DNA of 63,552 nucleotides, counting the filler, from Aduncisulcus paluster (taxonomy: Eukaryota): the NCBI GenBank assembly GCA_024181965.1. It is 3 parts of 3 records of this genome, joined end to end, with 100 filler letters (N's around TTAATTAATTAA, not from the genome) between each part and the next. Parts side by side here need not be neighbours in the genome. Positions count along the whole stretch, not along the records: positions 1 to 29,498 come from BQXS01012721.1; 2 more parts are not named here. One strand, 5' to 3'. The notes under the pieces were generated by a model, which saw nothing but the letters and a program-made list of their open reading frames with translations, was not told the DNA's origin and made no database searches. The position numbers and the translations under genes are program-made. Below are positions 1 to 12,800 of this stretch, piece after piece (within the stretch, counting starts at the first letter, position 1; every line of letters begins with the position of its first letter).

Positions 1-2
1 AG

Positions 3-3000
3 AAGAAAGGTTCTTTATTAAGTATACAAGACTGCTATAATCTAAACGATGAATATCAAGAGCTCATGAATATAACTTTATTGTCGGAAAGAGCACAAGA
101 GAGGCTTGGTGAATCATCTGCAAGGAAGGCTAAATGGTTAAAGAAACTCTCCACAAAGAAACATCACGATTTATTTGTGAAAAACAATCGAATTCCTTCA
201 TTTGAGGTTCTTTTACAATCCATTTTACAGGCTCTGATGCATGATTTTAATATCTTTGGTGCTGTTAGTAGGAGGCATGCAGAATGGGTCAGAGAAAGAA
301 GAATCGCACGAGAACAAGAATTGTTTGATAGAAATAGGAAGATAGAGCAAAGAAAGAAAGAGAAAAGGAGATTACGAGAGAAAAAATTATACCATTCTAT
401 CTTGAAAGAGTCTCAGAATCACCAGCATAGAGGAATAATAACTTCAAATCTATCTACGTCATCGAAACAGCATCAGCAAGAAGGTCTTTCTTCTCTTTCT
501 TCTCTCCAGTGTTCAATGACAAAAACACTGACGACAGTCCCACTGCCAATGCATATGTTGCCAGATAATCTACGTGACATTTCAGAGATGCATCCTGGAG
601 AATCGAAGATCATCCTTGACTCATCAGAGCAATCTTCTCAACCCTTTCTTGATCTTTATCTTAATTACCCTCTGAAAGATACAGATTCCTCCACTCGATC
701 ACATCAGACTCAGACTCAGTCCTCAACAAAGCAACTTGTTTCTTCTTCTCAGACAACAACACATCCACTCAGAACATCCTCTTTATTGACACATTCTCAA
801 GGATCTATTAATAGCTCCAACAAGAATATAAATAATCCTGAACAAGAACAAGAACAAGATCATGATCATGATCATGATCATCATTTTTCTTCTTCTTCTT
901 TTCAGGATCCTGATTCATCCCGTGAAATGTTAGCGGTATCTCCTACTCTTGTTCGTTGTCCTTCTTCTTCTTCTTCTTCTTCTTCTTCTTCAGCTAATAA
1001 TTTGCTTTCTTTATGCCACACTCCTATCCCTCTTCCATTGATATCGCCTCCACAAGATCAGATTGATGGATTCTTATCGCTTTGGTCCCAGCAATCCCCC
1101 TTTTTAATATCTGTGTTCCCATCAAGTGTTTCTTGTGCTGCAGATGTTGATTGCTGTGGTGTCGTTCTACCAATACCGTTTGAAATTGTTAGCGANNNNN
1201 NNNNNNNNNNNNNNNCAAGAACAAGAACAAGATCATGATCATGATCATGATCATCATTTTTCTTCTTCTTCTTCTTTTCAGGATCCTGATTCATCCCGTG
1301 AAATGTTAGCGGTATCTCCTACTCTTGTTCGTTGTCCTTCTTCTTCTTCTTCTTCTTCTTCTTCTTCTTCTTCAGCTAATAATTTGCTTTCTTTATGCCA
1401 CACTCCTATCCCTCTTCCATTGATATCGCCTCCACAAGATCAGATTGATGGATTCTTATCGCTTTGGTCCCAGCAATCCCCCTTTTTAATATCTGTGTTC
1501 CCATCAAGTGTTTCTTGTGCTGCAGATGTTGATTGCTGTGGTGTCGTTCTACCAATACCGTTTGAAATTGTTAGCGAATGTGTTGACACTCTTGAAAAAG
1601 AGTATATACGAATCACTGAAGCTGAGCGGATATCAATTGGGAAAAGAAGACACCACGACGACCAGTTCATTTCATCACTCGGTGGAGGTGATAAACGTTC
1701 AAAAAAGACAAGATGGGCATTGCCATTGGATTTACGGTATAGAACGAATGCTACGGAGACAGATACAGACACATACGACAAACAAAGACGTCCTGGAAAT
1801 AATATGAGAATAATGAACAAGAGCAACAACACAACTTTTAAAGATGAAGAAGAAATTGTTATTAAAAAACCTGATCAAACTGTAAAATATCAATTTCCTC
1901 ATTTCGATCGTATATTCCATTCAAATTATTTTCACCATACATCACAACGAAAAGTCCACAGGTTATTTGAAGGAATTCTAACAAATCCGTTCTCAGGAGA
2001 AGGAAATGGCTATGTTATTGAAGAGGATTCCATCATGTCTTCCTCCATACAACCTGCTCATCCCAATCCTTCTGAGAAAAGAGATAGAGAGAGGGAGTGT
2101 GATAGAGAGTGTGATAGAGATGTTGATAATGATAATGATTCATCTTCTTCTTCTTATTCTTCTTCTTCGGAAGAAGAGGGAGAGGAAGAGGGAGAAGAAG
2201 AAGAGGAGGAAGGATCTTCTCTTGAAGAACAACATATCAAAGCCTCCAAACCAACCTTTGTCCATAAATCTAACTATAAACTTTCAATTGAGGGAGTTGA
2301 TAGAATTAGACGATTCATATCTCCACAGTTATTATCTTCAGGATCATCCATGGCAAGAGTAATATTATGGAATAATTGTTGTATGTGGTGTGGGTGCATG
2401 TTCGAAGATTCAAGGGATTTGTATCAGCATATTATTGATCACGTAGTCAATCTATTCCAAGAAAAATCACCTCATTCAGAATGTGAAAAGAAGTTTTGGT
2501 TCCCAATTCTATTTCAAAACTCCGACAACACTACAATTGGACGAAACAAAACCAATTTCGCACGATCTCAAGTATTTGATGATTCATATGCCAAATCAAA
2601 ACCATCAATCATGAATTTATCACTCAATGATGCCATTACAGCTTCAAATAGGACCATTTCAAGAGCTTTGAACCCACCAAGACCCTCAGAATCGTCTTCT
2701 ACTCATCGAGGAGCCATTTCTTTAGCTCAGTACCATCACATGATGCATCCTTACTCGTCTTATATAGCCGTAAGAGATGCGGTTGGTCGTGGGTCCCATC
2801 CAAATCCCTTGACTCTCCAATGGCAACAGATCCAACTTCATCACATTAGACAGTGGAAATCATGGTCAAATAACATTATTATGAAACTTAAGTCCGCCGT
2901 TTCTCTCTCTTTAACTTCAGCAGCTTCGATTGATGAGCAAAAGAAGGCCAAAGAATCAATAGCAATAACTGGTACCAAGCAGAATGTCAGTGGAAGAAAA

Positions 3001-6000
3001 GAAGACGAAGGTATTATTGATTCGAAACGATTGCTTGTTCAACAGCATGAAGATGAAAAGATTGGACCTGGAGCTTCCAGGCCTCTTCCAAAGAGGAAAG
3101 AAGAGGAAGAGGGAGAGGAAGAAGAAGAAACCAAGAAAGAAGAAAAAGAAGAAGAAGAAGAGAAAGAAGAAGAGGAAGAGAAAGAAGAAGAAGAAGGTAA
3201 AGCCAAAGCCAAAGGTATAGTTGAAGGAAAAGGAACTAACTTCCCCACTGCCCCTTCTTCACGTTCTCATGTTCCTCGCAGTTCTTCTTCTTCTACCTCT
3301 TCTTCCAAATCCACTCCTTCTCCTTCTCCTTTGGACCAGCTTATAAAATCAATCAATGATGACATTAAACAAGGCCCGACTGGGTTTGGATATCTCTCTC
3401 CTTTAAAACTTATTGACAAAGGTCTGATGAGACGACTTGTACAACGAGGACATAGTCACGGACGAAAGAGTTGGTTCCCTTCTATTGTGAGTTCATGTCC
3501 ATTGCCACTCCGATTTCTATTTTTAGTCGCCCAAGCTATTCGTAAAACCACCAAGACATCACTCGAAAAATGGATAAAAGATGAGCTTAAGAAAGAAACT
3601 TCACGGATTGAATCACAATCGAGAATTGTAACCAAAGAAAAAGCTGTATCCCTTTTCTCAATCGATGAGACCTCTGGCGTTTTGTTGGAAGATGAGGATG
3701 AGATTGTTAAGATGCCCCAAGTATTGAATGGTGGATGGGAAGGGAAACTTGGTGGTTGGGGAGGTTTGGGGATGGCTGATGGTGTTGACGGATGGAATAA
3801 GAGATATTCAAACTCAAAAAGGGTGAAATATAGCTCAATTTTGCCACTTTCTCTATCATCACGAATGAAAACAACTAATCCATCAACCATTCGTAGAATT
3901 CCTGAGAATATCCTCCTTTCACATTGTGCACAGTTAACTCCACCAGAATCGACCCATATGTTGATTTTGTTTAGTTTCTCACTGCCTATTTTTGGATCTC
4001 TATATGATCCGAAACGTATTCGAAAAGAACAAGCTTCGCAGTTATCTGGACATACTTCTGGCAAGAGATTCCGTACGATTACTCCCTTAGATGTTATCAG
4101 TTATCCGAATTCTATTGTGAATATCAATATAAAGAGAAATTCCAATGGGAGCATAAAAAAGCATAAAAAAGGATCCAACCCTGATCATCTTTCCTCAAAT
4201 AATCAGTATCCTCCTTCTATAATTAGCCCAATGCTATATTTAGGCAATAGGATCAATGCTCCACCGTTATATCCTCATCAGTATACCAATCTGCTTTCTA
4301 TGTTGCTCCATGTGAAAAGTGTATGTCTAAATTTAGATTCTATGGCATTAGTCACGACTCATGGCAGCCTTGAGTCCTCGTTAGCTGAGTGGAGGATAGA
4401 ATTGGATTCACAGACAAAGATTAAGAAATATCGACAAGTTCTTCGGCAAGGAATATCACAAGAACAAGACAGATTATTGAGCCAGCACAAATCTAAAAAG
4501 TTCAATTCGTATAGATATCAGACATCTGATAAAAGTTTTGCCCCGAATAGTAATAATAGAAAACCAAGAATAACATCTCGAGATGAATCGTTACCGTCCA
4601 ATAAGAAAAGGAAAGATGTCTTTGATTATCTTACAACCACGAATGAAGAAGAAAGAGAAGAGGGTATGGATGAACTCGCAGAGAAATACCATCGACGATT
4701 CTTTAGAAATATATTCCGAATTCGACCTCCTCGTCATATGTTTTCCTCTATCTCTTCTCCTTGTGTTGCTTTAATCTCACCGCACTTACTACCCTTTGCT
4801 CCTTCGCTGCAACATGATGTGAACAATGGAGAGGTGGGAGGGGATGGCTGTGCTCCAGTATGGGCCTGTGTGAATTCAATGAGGGCTGGTCTTGGTTGTT
4901 CGAGAGGATGGAGAAGAGAAATAGCCAGTAGAGGAAAGATGGATTTGAATGATAGTAATTTTGTACAAAGAATCAAGAAAGAAGAAGAAGAGGAAGAAGA
5001 AGAAAGAGGAAGATGGAGAGGAAGAGGAAGAGGAAGAGGAAGAGGGAGAGGGAGAGGAAGAGAGAGAGGAAGAGGAAGAGGAGGACATATATATAGTTTT
5101 CAATCTCATACTCATACACACGATCAACATTATGCTATATCTCAACCTATGGATAACACTAACCCTTCAGTCGATCAAATTATAGAATCTAAAGTATATA
5201 ATGCATTACGTAAACAAGCCAATGCTAGTCTATATCCATTTTTCCATGGAGCCAAATATCCTGCTCGTTTTCCCTATATTGAAACCAGTGTCGATTTTCG
5301 GTATGCTCTCGTATGTGCCCTAAGTTGTTCAATGGTCAGTGGGTTTATGTTACCACATTTTGAGCTTGAAAGCAGAGCAAAAGTCTTAACATCTATGTGT
5401 GAATGGCTTATTACAAGGGTCGGCAATGATAAGAACCTAAAAGATCGGAGGAAAGTTGGTGGTTCTTTGAAATCGTCCTCATCTGCCAGTCAAGTCGTTG
5501 ATCCAATTCTGCAGGGAGAAGAAGAAGATAATATTCAGTGTGAAACATCGTTGCTCGAAGGATCCGGTGTCAAAGTTAGAGGTGTAGTTGCCAATTCTAA
5601 AAATAGAGTGAGTTTATCCAGTTCGAGAAGAGGGATGCAAACCCAGTCCTCGCTTTCTACCATTCAACAATCTATTGGGAAAGCTTTGGCCCTTTTCTCA
5701 TTCATTGTACATCATTCAATTCCTTCCTCTCGTGCTAAGAGCAAGACAGCAGGCGCACAAATCAGTGGTACTGGTACACGTAACACAACATCAGCAGCAA
5801 CAGCAACAGCAACAGCAACAGGCTTACATCGTAATGGTCATTATCATGGAACTGCCACAACTCAACAACACCCGTCAGTGATTGAACCAAGTTCAGAGGA
5901 TACAGCTCACACAGCTATCTCTCAAATCTCTCAGTCTTCTTCAACAATCTCAAGCCAATCTAAGAATTACTCGAGTTCAACCTCTTTTATTCCCAAAATA

Positions 6001-7857
6001 TCCCCAATTTTACCAGAACCAACGTTTTTAGGCCAGTCAAATACTGTTAGATCTCTTATTGAGAATGAGGATGAGACTGCTTTCCCTTTACAAATCAAAG
6101 AAGGCCCCTGTGGTGGATTGTACTCTGAAACGTACTTCCAAAATCCTAAAGTGGTTGAAGGAATCTGTGTTGAAGCTGATAAAAGGAAAATACGTGATAT
6201 GCCAACCGTATCATCTATCAGTGAAGCACAGCCTCACAAGAAATTCTCATATCATCTTTCCCCATCCATTCCTTTCGTCTCACCCATATGTTTCACTCTT
6301 CCTAATACCCCAGCCGTCTCACATCTTGTTTTCAACGCTGAAAAGGCTATCTGTGAGCGTGCTTTACTGACAGATATGACCTGTGTATCTCCCTATGCAT
6401 CTGCTTTCTTCACGATCTGTCTTGCTTGGCTGCGTATTATGGGGATGGTTGATCCATCACAAGTGTATTCCACTTATATGCACAAAGGAGAGGACAGGTG
6501 GATTAGTTTATTGTATGAATATGTCAGTGAGGGTGTATATCCCCCTTTAGCTGTTCCTCTAAAGTATTTTTGTGGGAGAGAAGATGGGGGGGGTTGGTAT
6601 GGAATTGATAGTACAACGTCAGGTTCAGGTACTGCTTCAGGTTCTGGTTCAGGTACTGCTTCAGGTTCAGCCGTAAAGGTGGGCAAAGAGGAAGAGGAAG
6701 AGGGGAAAAGAAAGAGAGAGGAAGAAGAAGGAGAAGGCTCAAAAGAAGATGATGAAGATGATTCGTATGGAGGAGATCCCATTGGAGGAGAAGGAGAAGA
6801 AGAAGAAGAAGAAGGAGGAGAAGGGATTTCTAAGACAACGTTGTCAGAACAACAGCTGTTCACAGATCCGTATGCTGTTTCAGGGCCTAAATCTCTCCGT
6901 GGATTGTATTCTTTGTGTTCTCTGAAAGATGAAGAAGAAGAAACTTGGCGCTTGACAAGACGGGAAAGTGGCCGTATCGCATTGGGTAAGAAACGTTTGG
7001 ATACTGCAAAAGGAATCAAATCAAAGGGTATTTCACTCCCTTTAAACGATTCTGTTCATTGGTTCTTCGGTGGACGGAGAGAAGTAGATTCAGAAAAGAC
7101 CATACCAACATCTCGATCAGCAGCAGCAAAACACCATGCTGATGGTGATGCTGCTGGGCTTGGGAGGAGAGTGGGAGACGATCGTTCTGATCAGTATAAA
7201 TTACCGTTTTCAACCGGTGATCCCGATCATTACCGGCATCTTCTTGAAGAGTTTTCTGCTGCCGACAACAGTGATATTGAAGTTTTTGATGATCAACTCC
7301 CTCGTTGGATGCTCAGAGTCGGGACCACAAACAGTCCAAGACGGTGGTTACATCGTTTCCTTTTGTTGAATTCCTCTTATAGGTCTTCTTTCGCCCATCC
7401 GGCATTTTTATCGTCTCTGACCGGTGAACATCTCTTGAAGTTTACGGCTAATGAACGGCGTGCCGAAGTCGGTCGATGGATTAATTTGGAAATCGTTAGA
7501 ATTGTTGCTCTCGAAGGAAGGAAAAAATTCCGATATAAAGATGTTATGGATCAAAAACCGTCCTTTTCGAGACCATTTATCGATCTTCAGCTCGACGAAA
7601 GAGGAAGAGTCTTGTGTGCTCCCATCTTCTTCCATGAAAGTGTAAAATCTGTTCATTGTGGATTATCTCTCCTTCTTGGGTTTTGCAAATGGTTATTATC
7701 GCGATTAATTGGAAATTGGAACCCGAAAAATAGAGTTCTTAGTACAAACAAATGTGGAGAATTACTTTGGGAAGGAGAAAGGTATATTTGGGATATAAAG
7801 GAAGAGATTAATATCGAATCCGTTGATTTGTTAATGAAAATGTTCTATATGAAATGA
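3..7857 (+). CDS. Large low-complexity hypothetical protein (5'-incomplete) with one C2H2-like zinc finger, acidic tracts and an RG repeat
   Basis: Frame is open from base 3. The two track ORFs (66..1238, 1126..7857) form one gene once the gap-flanking duplication 843-1195/1216-1577 is collapsed. Motif CMWCGCMFEDSRDLYQHIIDH at ~2380-2443; (RG)n at ~5017-5083; poly-S and poly-E tracts. Confidence 0.75.
843..1577. other. Assembly overlap duplication around a 20-N gap (1196-1215)
   Basis: 843-1195 is repeated at 1216-1577 and differs only by +9 nt in two (TCT)n runs. Confidence 0.9.
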
Positions 7858-7976
7858 TTTGACGCTTAATAAGTGATTTTTCTCGTTCGACACCAAAGAC
7901 TATATCTTTTCGAATAAAAGTTAATAATAAAAGCAATTTAAATATATATGATATTTATTAAGATAGACTAGTTAAC

Positions 7977-8371
7977 TTATTCTTTGGGGGCACCACGGTA
8001 AATCACTTGTCTACGGGCCTTGATAACGGGAACAATAGCTCCTTTCTCTTCAAGCTCCTTGAGACAACGTCTAGCCAAAGAACCATTGATCTTGTGAGTG
8101 GAGATCAATTCAGAGATAGAAATCATGGGAGAGTTACGGCAAGCCCTTTCAACACGATCGTAGGCAGCCTTGTCCTTCAAAAGGATAGCATGGTTAACCT
8201 TATCACCAGATTTTTCCTTGGACCACTATAATAACATAAAATAAACACAGGATTGCATGGGGAAGTAAGAATCAAAATTAAAGAACAAAATCAAACAAAA
8301 AGATTATAAATAATGGAAATTAGTAGGATATAAAAGAGAAAGAAATATTAACATACCTTCTTTCCAGCCAT
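7977..8371 (-). CDS. RPS25: 40S ribosomal protein S25 (eS25); exons 8357-8371 and 7977-8225
   Basis: Spliced product MAGKK|WSKEKSGDKVNHAILLKDKAAYDRV...HKINGSLARRCLKELEEKGAI matches eS25. Phase-0 intron GTATGT...TATAG. Confidence 0.93.
8226..8356 (-). other. Spliceosomal intron (131 nt) in RPS25
   Basis: GTATGT donor and TTATAG acceptor; removal gives the conserved KKWSK motif. Confidence 0.9.
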
Positions 8372-8872
8372 ATCACGCCGAAATGAATGAGAAAAGGTTC
8401 GATCTGTGTTACTTTCTCATTCACTCCAAAAAAAGCAAAAGAATATCTTGCAATAGCGCGCCAGATAAGATCTTTTTTAACTTAATTTTATTCTTTTTTC
8501 AATAATCACGAACTATTCTCAGTAATTCAATCTATGAATTTTCCATAATCATGTTTGTTGACGTTTTAGCTTTTCCTTCATCTCACGAGATTTTAGATTT
8601 CCATACAAATTTTATATTACCAATAAATATAACTTTCTTTCAATTTTGAGTGGTGACTCGTTTCCCCTTTGAGAAATAGAAATTTCTCTATATCTCCTTT
8701 ATACGATGACCATCATAAACAATATTCATGAATTTACTAATTTTACAACGCAATATTTAAAATCTTCTCCCTTTTATATTCATTTATTATTCATTTTCCC
8801 AAATCACTCAAAGATCTATTTCGGGAATTCAATCTCCCAACAAAGATCTCCCATCTTCGTTCGGTTCCAAAG

Positions 8873-9001
8873 GTATGTAAGCTTTAGAACATTAATATAC
8901 TTTTTAGAACTAATATAATATTTATTGATGCATCATTTTGCCTTTCTTTTAAACCCCTATACTTTTTTTTTCATTTCTATTGTTTTTTATATGTTTTGTA
9001 G
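8873..9001 (+). other. Probable 5'-UTR intron of RPL13 (alternative acceptor at 9008)
   Basis: AG|GTATGT donor at 8873, ACTAAT at 8909-8914, an AG-free pyrimidine-rich tract, and TGTAG just before the ATG at 9009. Confidence 0.65.
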
Positions 9002-9008
9002 TGATTAG

Positions 9009-9575
9009 ATGAGACACAACAACCCTCTCCCACTTCAGCATCGTCCCAAGTGCCATGGCATGTACAAACTCTGGTTCAACCAGGCCGGTCGTAAAGCTAG
9101 ACGCCGTACCACCCGTCAAGAGAAAGCTCGTGCTGTTTTCCCTCGGCCCGTTGATGGTGCCGTTCGTCCAGCTGTCCCTGGAATGACCAACCTCCATAAT
9201 GGTAAGGTCCGTAGTGGTCGTGGATTCACTCCCGCTGAGTTGAAGAAATGTGGACTTACTGCTCCTTACGCCCGTACTATCGGAATTGCTGTTGACCTTC
9301 GCCGTACCAACAAATCTGAGGCTGTCTTTGAGCGTAACGTTAAGCGTCTCCAAACCTACATGGACCGTCTTGTGATCATCAAGAAGGGTGAGGACAAGAA
9401 GGCCTTCACTCAAGTTCGTGTTGCTTTGCCTGTTGTCCGTGAGGATCGTGTTTTCGAGACTCGTGAGATTTCTGATGCTGAGAAGAAGAAGTGCGCTTAC
9501 TCCATCACTCAAGGACGTCGTAAGATGCAGAAGATCAGAGGTCGTCTCGCCAAGAAGACCGAAGAGTCTGAATAA
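9009..9575 (+). CDS. RPL13: 60S ribosomal protein L13 (eL13)
   Basis: Motifs WFNQAGRKARRR, KVRSGRGFTPAEL, ARTIGIAVDLRRTNKS and NVKRLQTY; strongly biased codon usage typical of highly expressed genes. Confidence 0.95.
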   Translation: MRHNNPLPLQHRPKCHGMYKLWFNQAGRKARRRTTRQEKARAVFPRPVDGAVRPAVPGMTNLHNGKVRSGRGFTPAELKKCGLTAPYARTIGIAVDLRRTNKSEAVFERNVKRLQTYMDRLVIIKKGEDKKAFTQVRVALPVVREDRVFETREISDAEKKKCAYSITQGRRKMQKIRGRLAKKTEESE

Positions 9576-9803
9576 ATCTGTTTAGATCGGGTATAAATAT
9601 TTTTCAATTGGATTTCTATCCTATTGGCCATTGTCAACTCTTTTTATTAACTTTGATCTTTATTTTAATTTTTTGCAAAAATACCAGTGGTACTTTACGA
9701 CACCTTCAATGAATTGGTCACAATGTCACAATAGTATGTTACAATAGTATATTCAAGACCAAATTTATCCATCATTCTTATCCACATCTATGTCCAATTT
9801 CCA

Positions 9804-12800
9804 ATGTCCGTTGTTCTCACAAAATATGAAATTTTTATAAACCCCAATAGTTTCAAAAAGAGTCCCCCCAGGATACATCTCAAATCGTCGACAGTTCATG
9901 CCGTTGAACTCCCCATCGAAGGCGACTTGATGACTATTACCTCCTCTTCAGCTATCGAACAATTATGCTATTTAGGTCGGGGTGGATTTAGTGCAACTTT
10001 CCTTGTCAAGGTTGATGGTATTCCCATTCCATGTGTTCTGAAGGAGATGTTTTATAATAATGATAAGAAGATGTGTCGCAAAGAATTTTTAATTCAAAGA
10101 GAGTTGTTCAACAATCCCAAATGTTTCAATCGTATTCCACGTCCTTTATACATTCTTGATGTTGAATTTAAAGGTGTATATGGGTTTATCATGGAGTATT
10201 GTGCTGGAGGTCATGTTTGGGACTTTGCAAGGAGTTGGTGTGTTGTTGAGGGGTTTGAACATCAAGGAGAGGAAGAAGAGGAAGATTCTTCTTCTTTACC
10301 TTTCGATGATTCCGATTCTTCTCTACCCGATTTATATATCGATCCCATGACAATGAATCCTGTGAAAGTTGCTGCTCTTTGTGTTGGGATGATCGAATGT
10401 CTTGATGATGTGTTCACAGCTAAACCAAGTCTTGTCCATCGAGATATTAAACCTGACAACTTCCTTGTCCGTGTTGATCCCAAAGATGGAGAATGTACCA
10501 TTGTTCTCTCTGATCTTGGACTCTCAAGATTCCAAGGGATTCTGTCTACTTCACAATTATCGTTATCTTTTGATCTACCCTCATCTAAACCCTCCCTGGA
10601 TGAAATACAACAAGACGTTAAGAAAAGAAACCCTCAGAAAGCTAAACGTAGTATTTGTGGTACTCTCGTGTATAATTCCTATGAATCCCTTCGTGAAGGT
10701 ATTCAAACTCAAAAAAGTGATGCATATTCTCTCGGTATTTCTATTTTTGCCATGTTTTTGGGTCAGCACCCTTTTTTAGGTTTTCCAATTTTTAGATATA
10801 TTGATTCTAATGGACAATTTATTTTAAGGCTCATTAAATTTCTTGAAGATAGTAGTCTATCTAATTATCTCATCGATTCTCCACTCTTTGAATCTCTTCG
10901 TGTTATTGAAGGAGGGAAATATCAGCCAGTTCATGAGTGTCTGCAGAAGGTGTTTGAAGGGTTAACTCAACTCGACGCAGATGATCGTATGAGTGTCCAC
11001 AAAGCTCGTATGATGGTCCGAGACATCAAACATTTATTGCCAAAGATTGGTGAGGGTTGGCAATGTCCAACTATTAAGGATGTTATCAAAGAACAAAATC
11101 GAATATTCGAAGAACAAGAATATTCTTTTGGATATCGTGCTTCAAAAATCTTTAGTGATTCAATGGATCGTTCAGAGATAGATAATCCTATTGATGAGGT
11201 TATCTCCAAGGATAAATCACATTTGGATGCTAGGATTTCCACTCAAGATGTGCCTAGAGGTGAGGATGATGTTTCTCGTGAAATAATTCCTACCTTTATT
11301 TCTGAAGGAAATTTTGAATGTATTCCAATTTCAAGAGATGATCCATCAAGTCTGTGTCCCATGATATCAAATATCAAGGCAATGAATGCAACTCTTAATG
11401 AAAACGATCCAAAATATGATCAAAGCTTGAATATACAGAAAATGTTTCAAGGAGAGTATTATAATGGATATTTGACCCATATTTCACTCCCTTTCTCTCC
11501 ATCTACCGCCTTAAAGGGAGTTTATATATGTGTTGGTTGTGACATGTTCTCTAATGCACCTCCGTCTCATCTCACTTTCACTTTTACATCTTCAAGAAAG
11601 CAAAAAACATCCAAAAAGTATAATTTTTCAAAGATTGATGGTATTGGTTGGTTTTCTCTTCCAGTTGATCTCACTGATGTTGTTTTGTGTGAGATTGAAG
11701 GCAAAGGACTGGGAACAAGAGATTATTTTATTATTTATTCGCTTGTTTTCTTTAGAGAAGAAAGTCCCCATGAATCGATTGATCGTCAATCCAAAGAATC
11801 TACTATTAGTTCCCAGTGGCGTAAAGCTGAATTGATATATCCAAAGTTTATTGTTGGAGGCTTTGTTGAAGCTATCCCAACATCAAACGATGATCCAGCA
11901 ATTGTAACTCCTACATTTGATAGAGTTTTGGGCAAGGATGATTTATTGAGTCCCAAATCTAAATGTTATGATCATCTTCAACTCTCTGTGCAAGAAATGT
12001 TGAAAGGGCAATCTGGAGTATACTTATCCCATCTTTCCATCCCTTTTTCATCACCAAGTCCTCTGAAAGGAGTTTATGTTTGCCTTCATAATTATTGTAG
12101 TTCCCCTTCTCTTCTCTTCACTTTCACTCATTCAAATGGTAAGCAATCGTCCAAAAAGTATGAATTCACAAGACCTAAGCTTTGGCATGAATGGTTTTTC
12201 CTGACTATTGATTTGCCTGATGTTGTTTTGTGTGAGATAAATGGAAAAGGAAGATGGGAAGAGAAGAATAGTCGTCGTTTTTATCTTGGTTCTCTTGTTT
12301 TCATCCAAGGCAGTGATATTCCCGCCCTTCCTTCAGATTCCTCAAAGGTTCCAAAACAATCAAAATATGACAAATTAACTCTTACTTCGGCTTCGGCGAT
12401 TGACCTTCAATGTATCATTGGTCATGGTGGATTTGGTGAGGTTCTCCTTGTCAAGGTTAATGGCATTCCCATTCCTTGTGTTCTGAAGAAGATGCTTCGT
12501 AAAACAGATGAAAAGGTTATGAAAGATTGTCAAATGGAGTTTAACGTACAAAGAAAGTTGTTCAATGATCCCAAATGTCTCAATCGTATCCCACGTCCCT
12601 TGTATATTGTTAACCTCCTTGATGCAAAATTCAGAGGTGTTTATGGATTTTTGATGGAATATTGTATTGGAGGCAGTGTAAAAGACTTTTCAGTGAGGTG
12701 GTGTTCTGATGGAAAGTATGCCGATCTTTATGATTCTCTATATATTGATCCCATGACTTTGAATCCTGTGAAAGTTGCTGCTCTTTGCGTTGGAATGATT

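Noticed and set aside
8949..9512. Antisense and alternate-frame ORFs over RPL13, RPS15, ARMC4, the kinases and other genes
   Set aside because: Shadow ORFs caused by codon bias and low-complexity sequence; no recognisable protein features.
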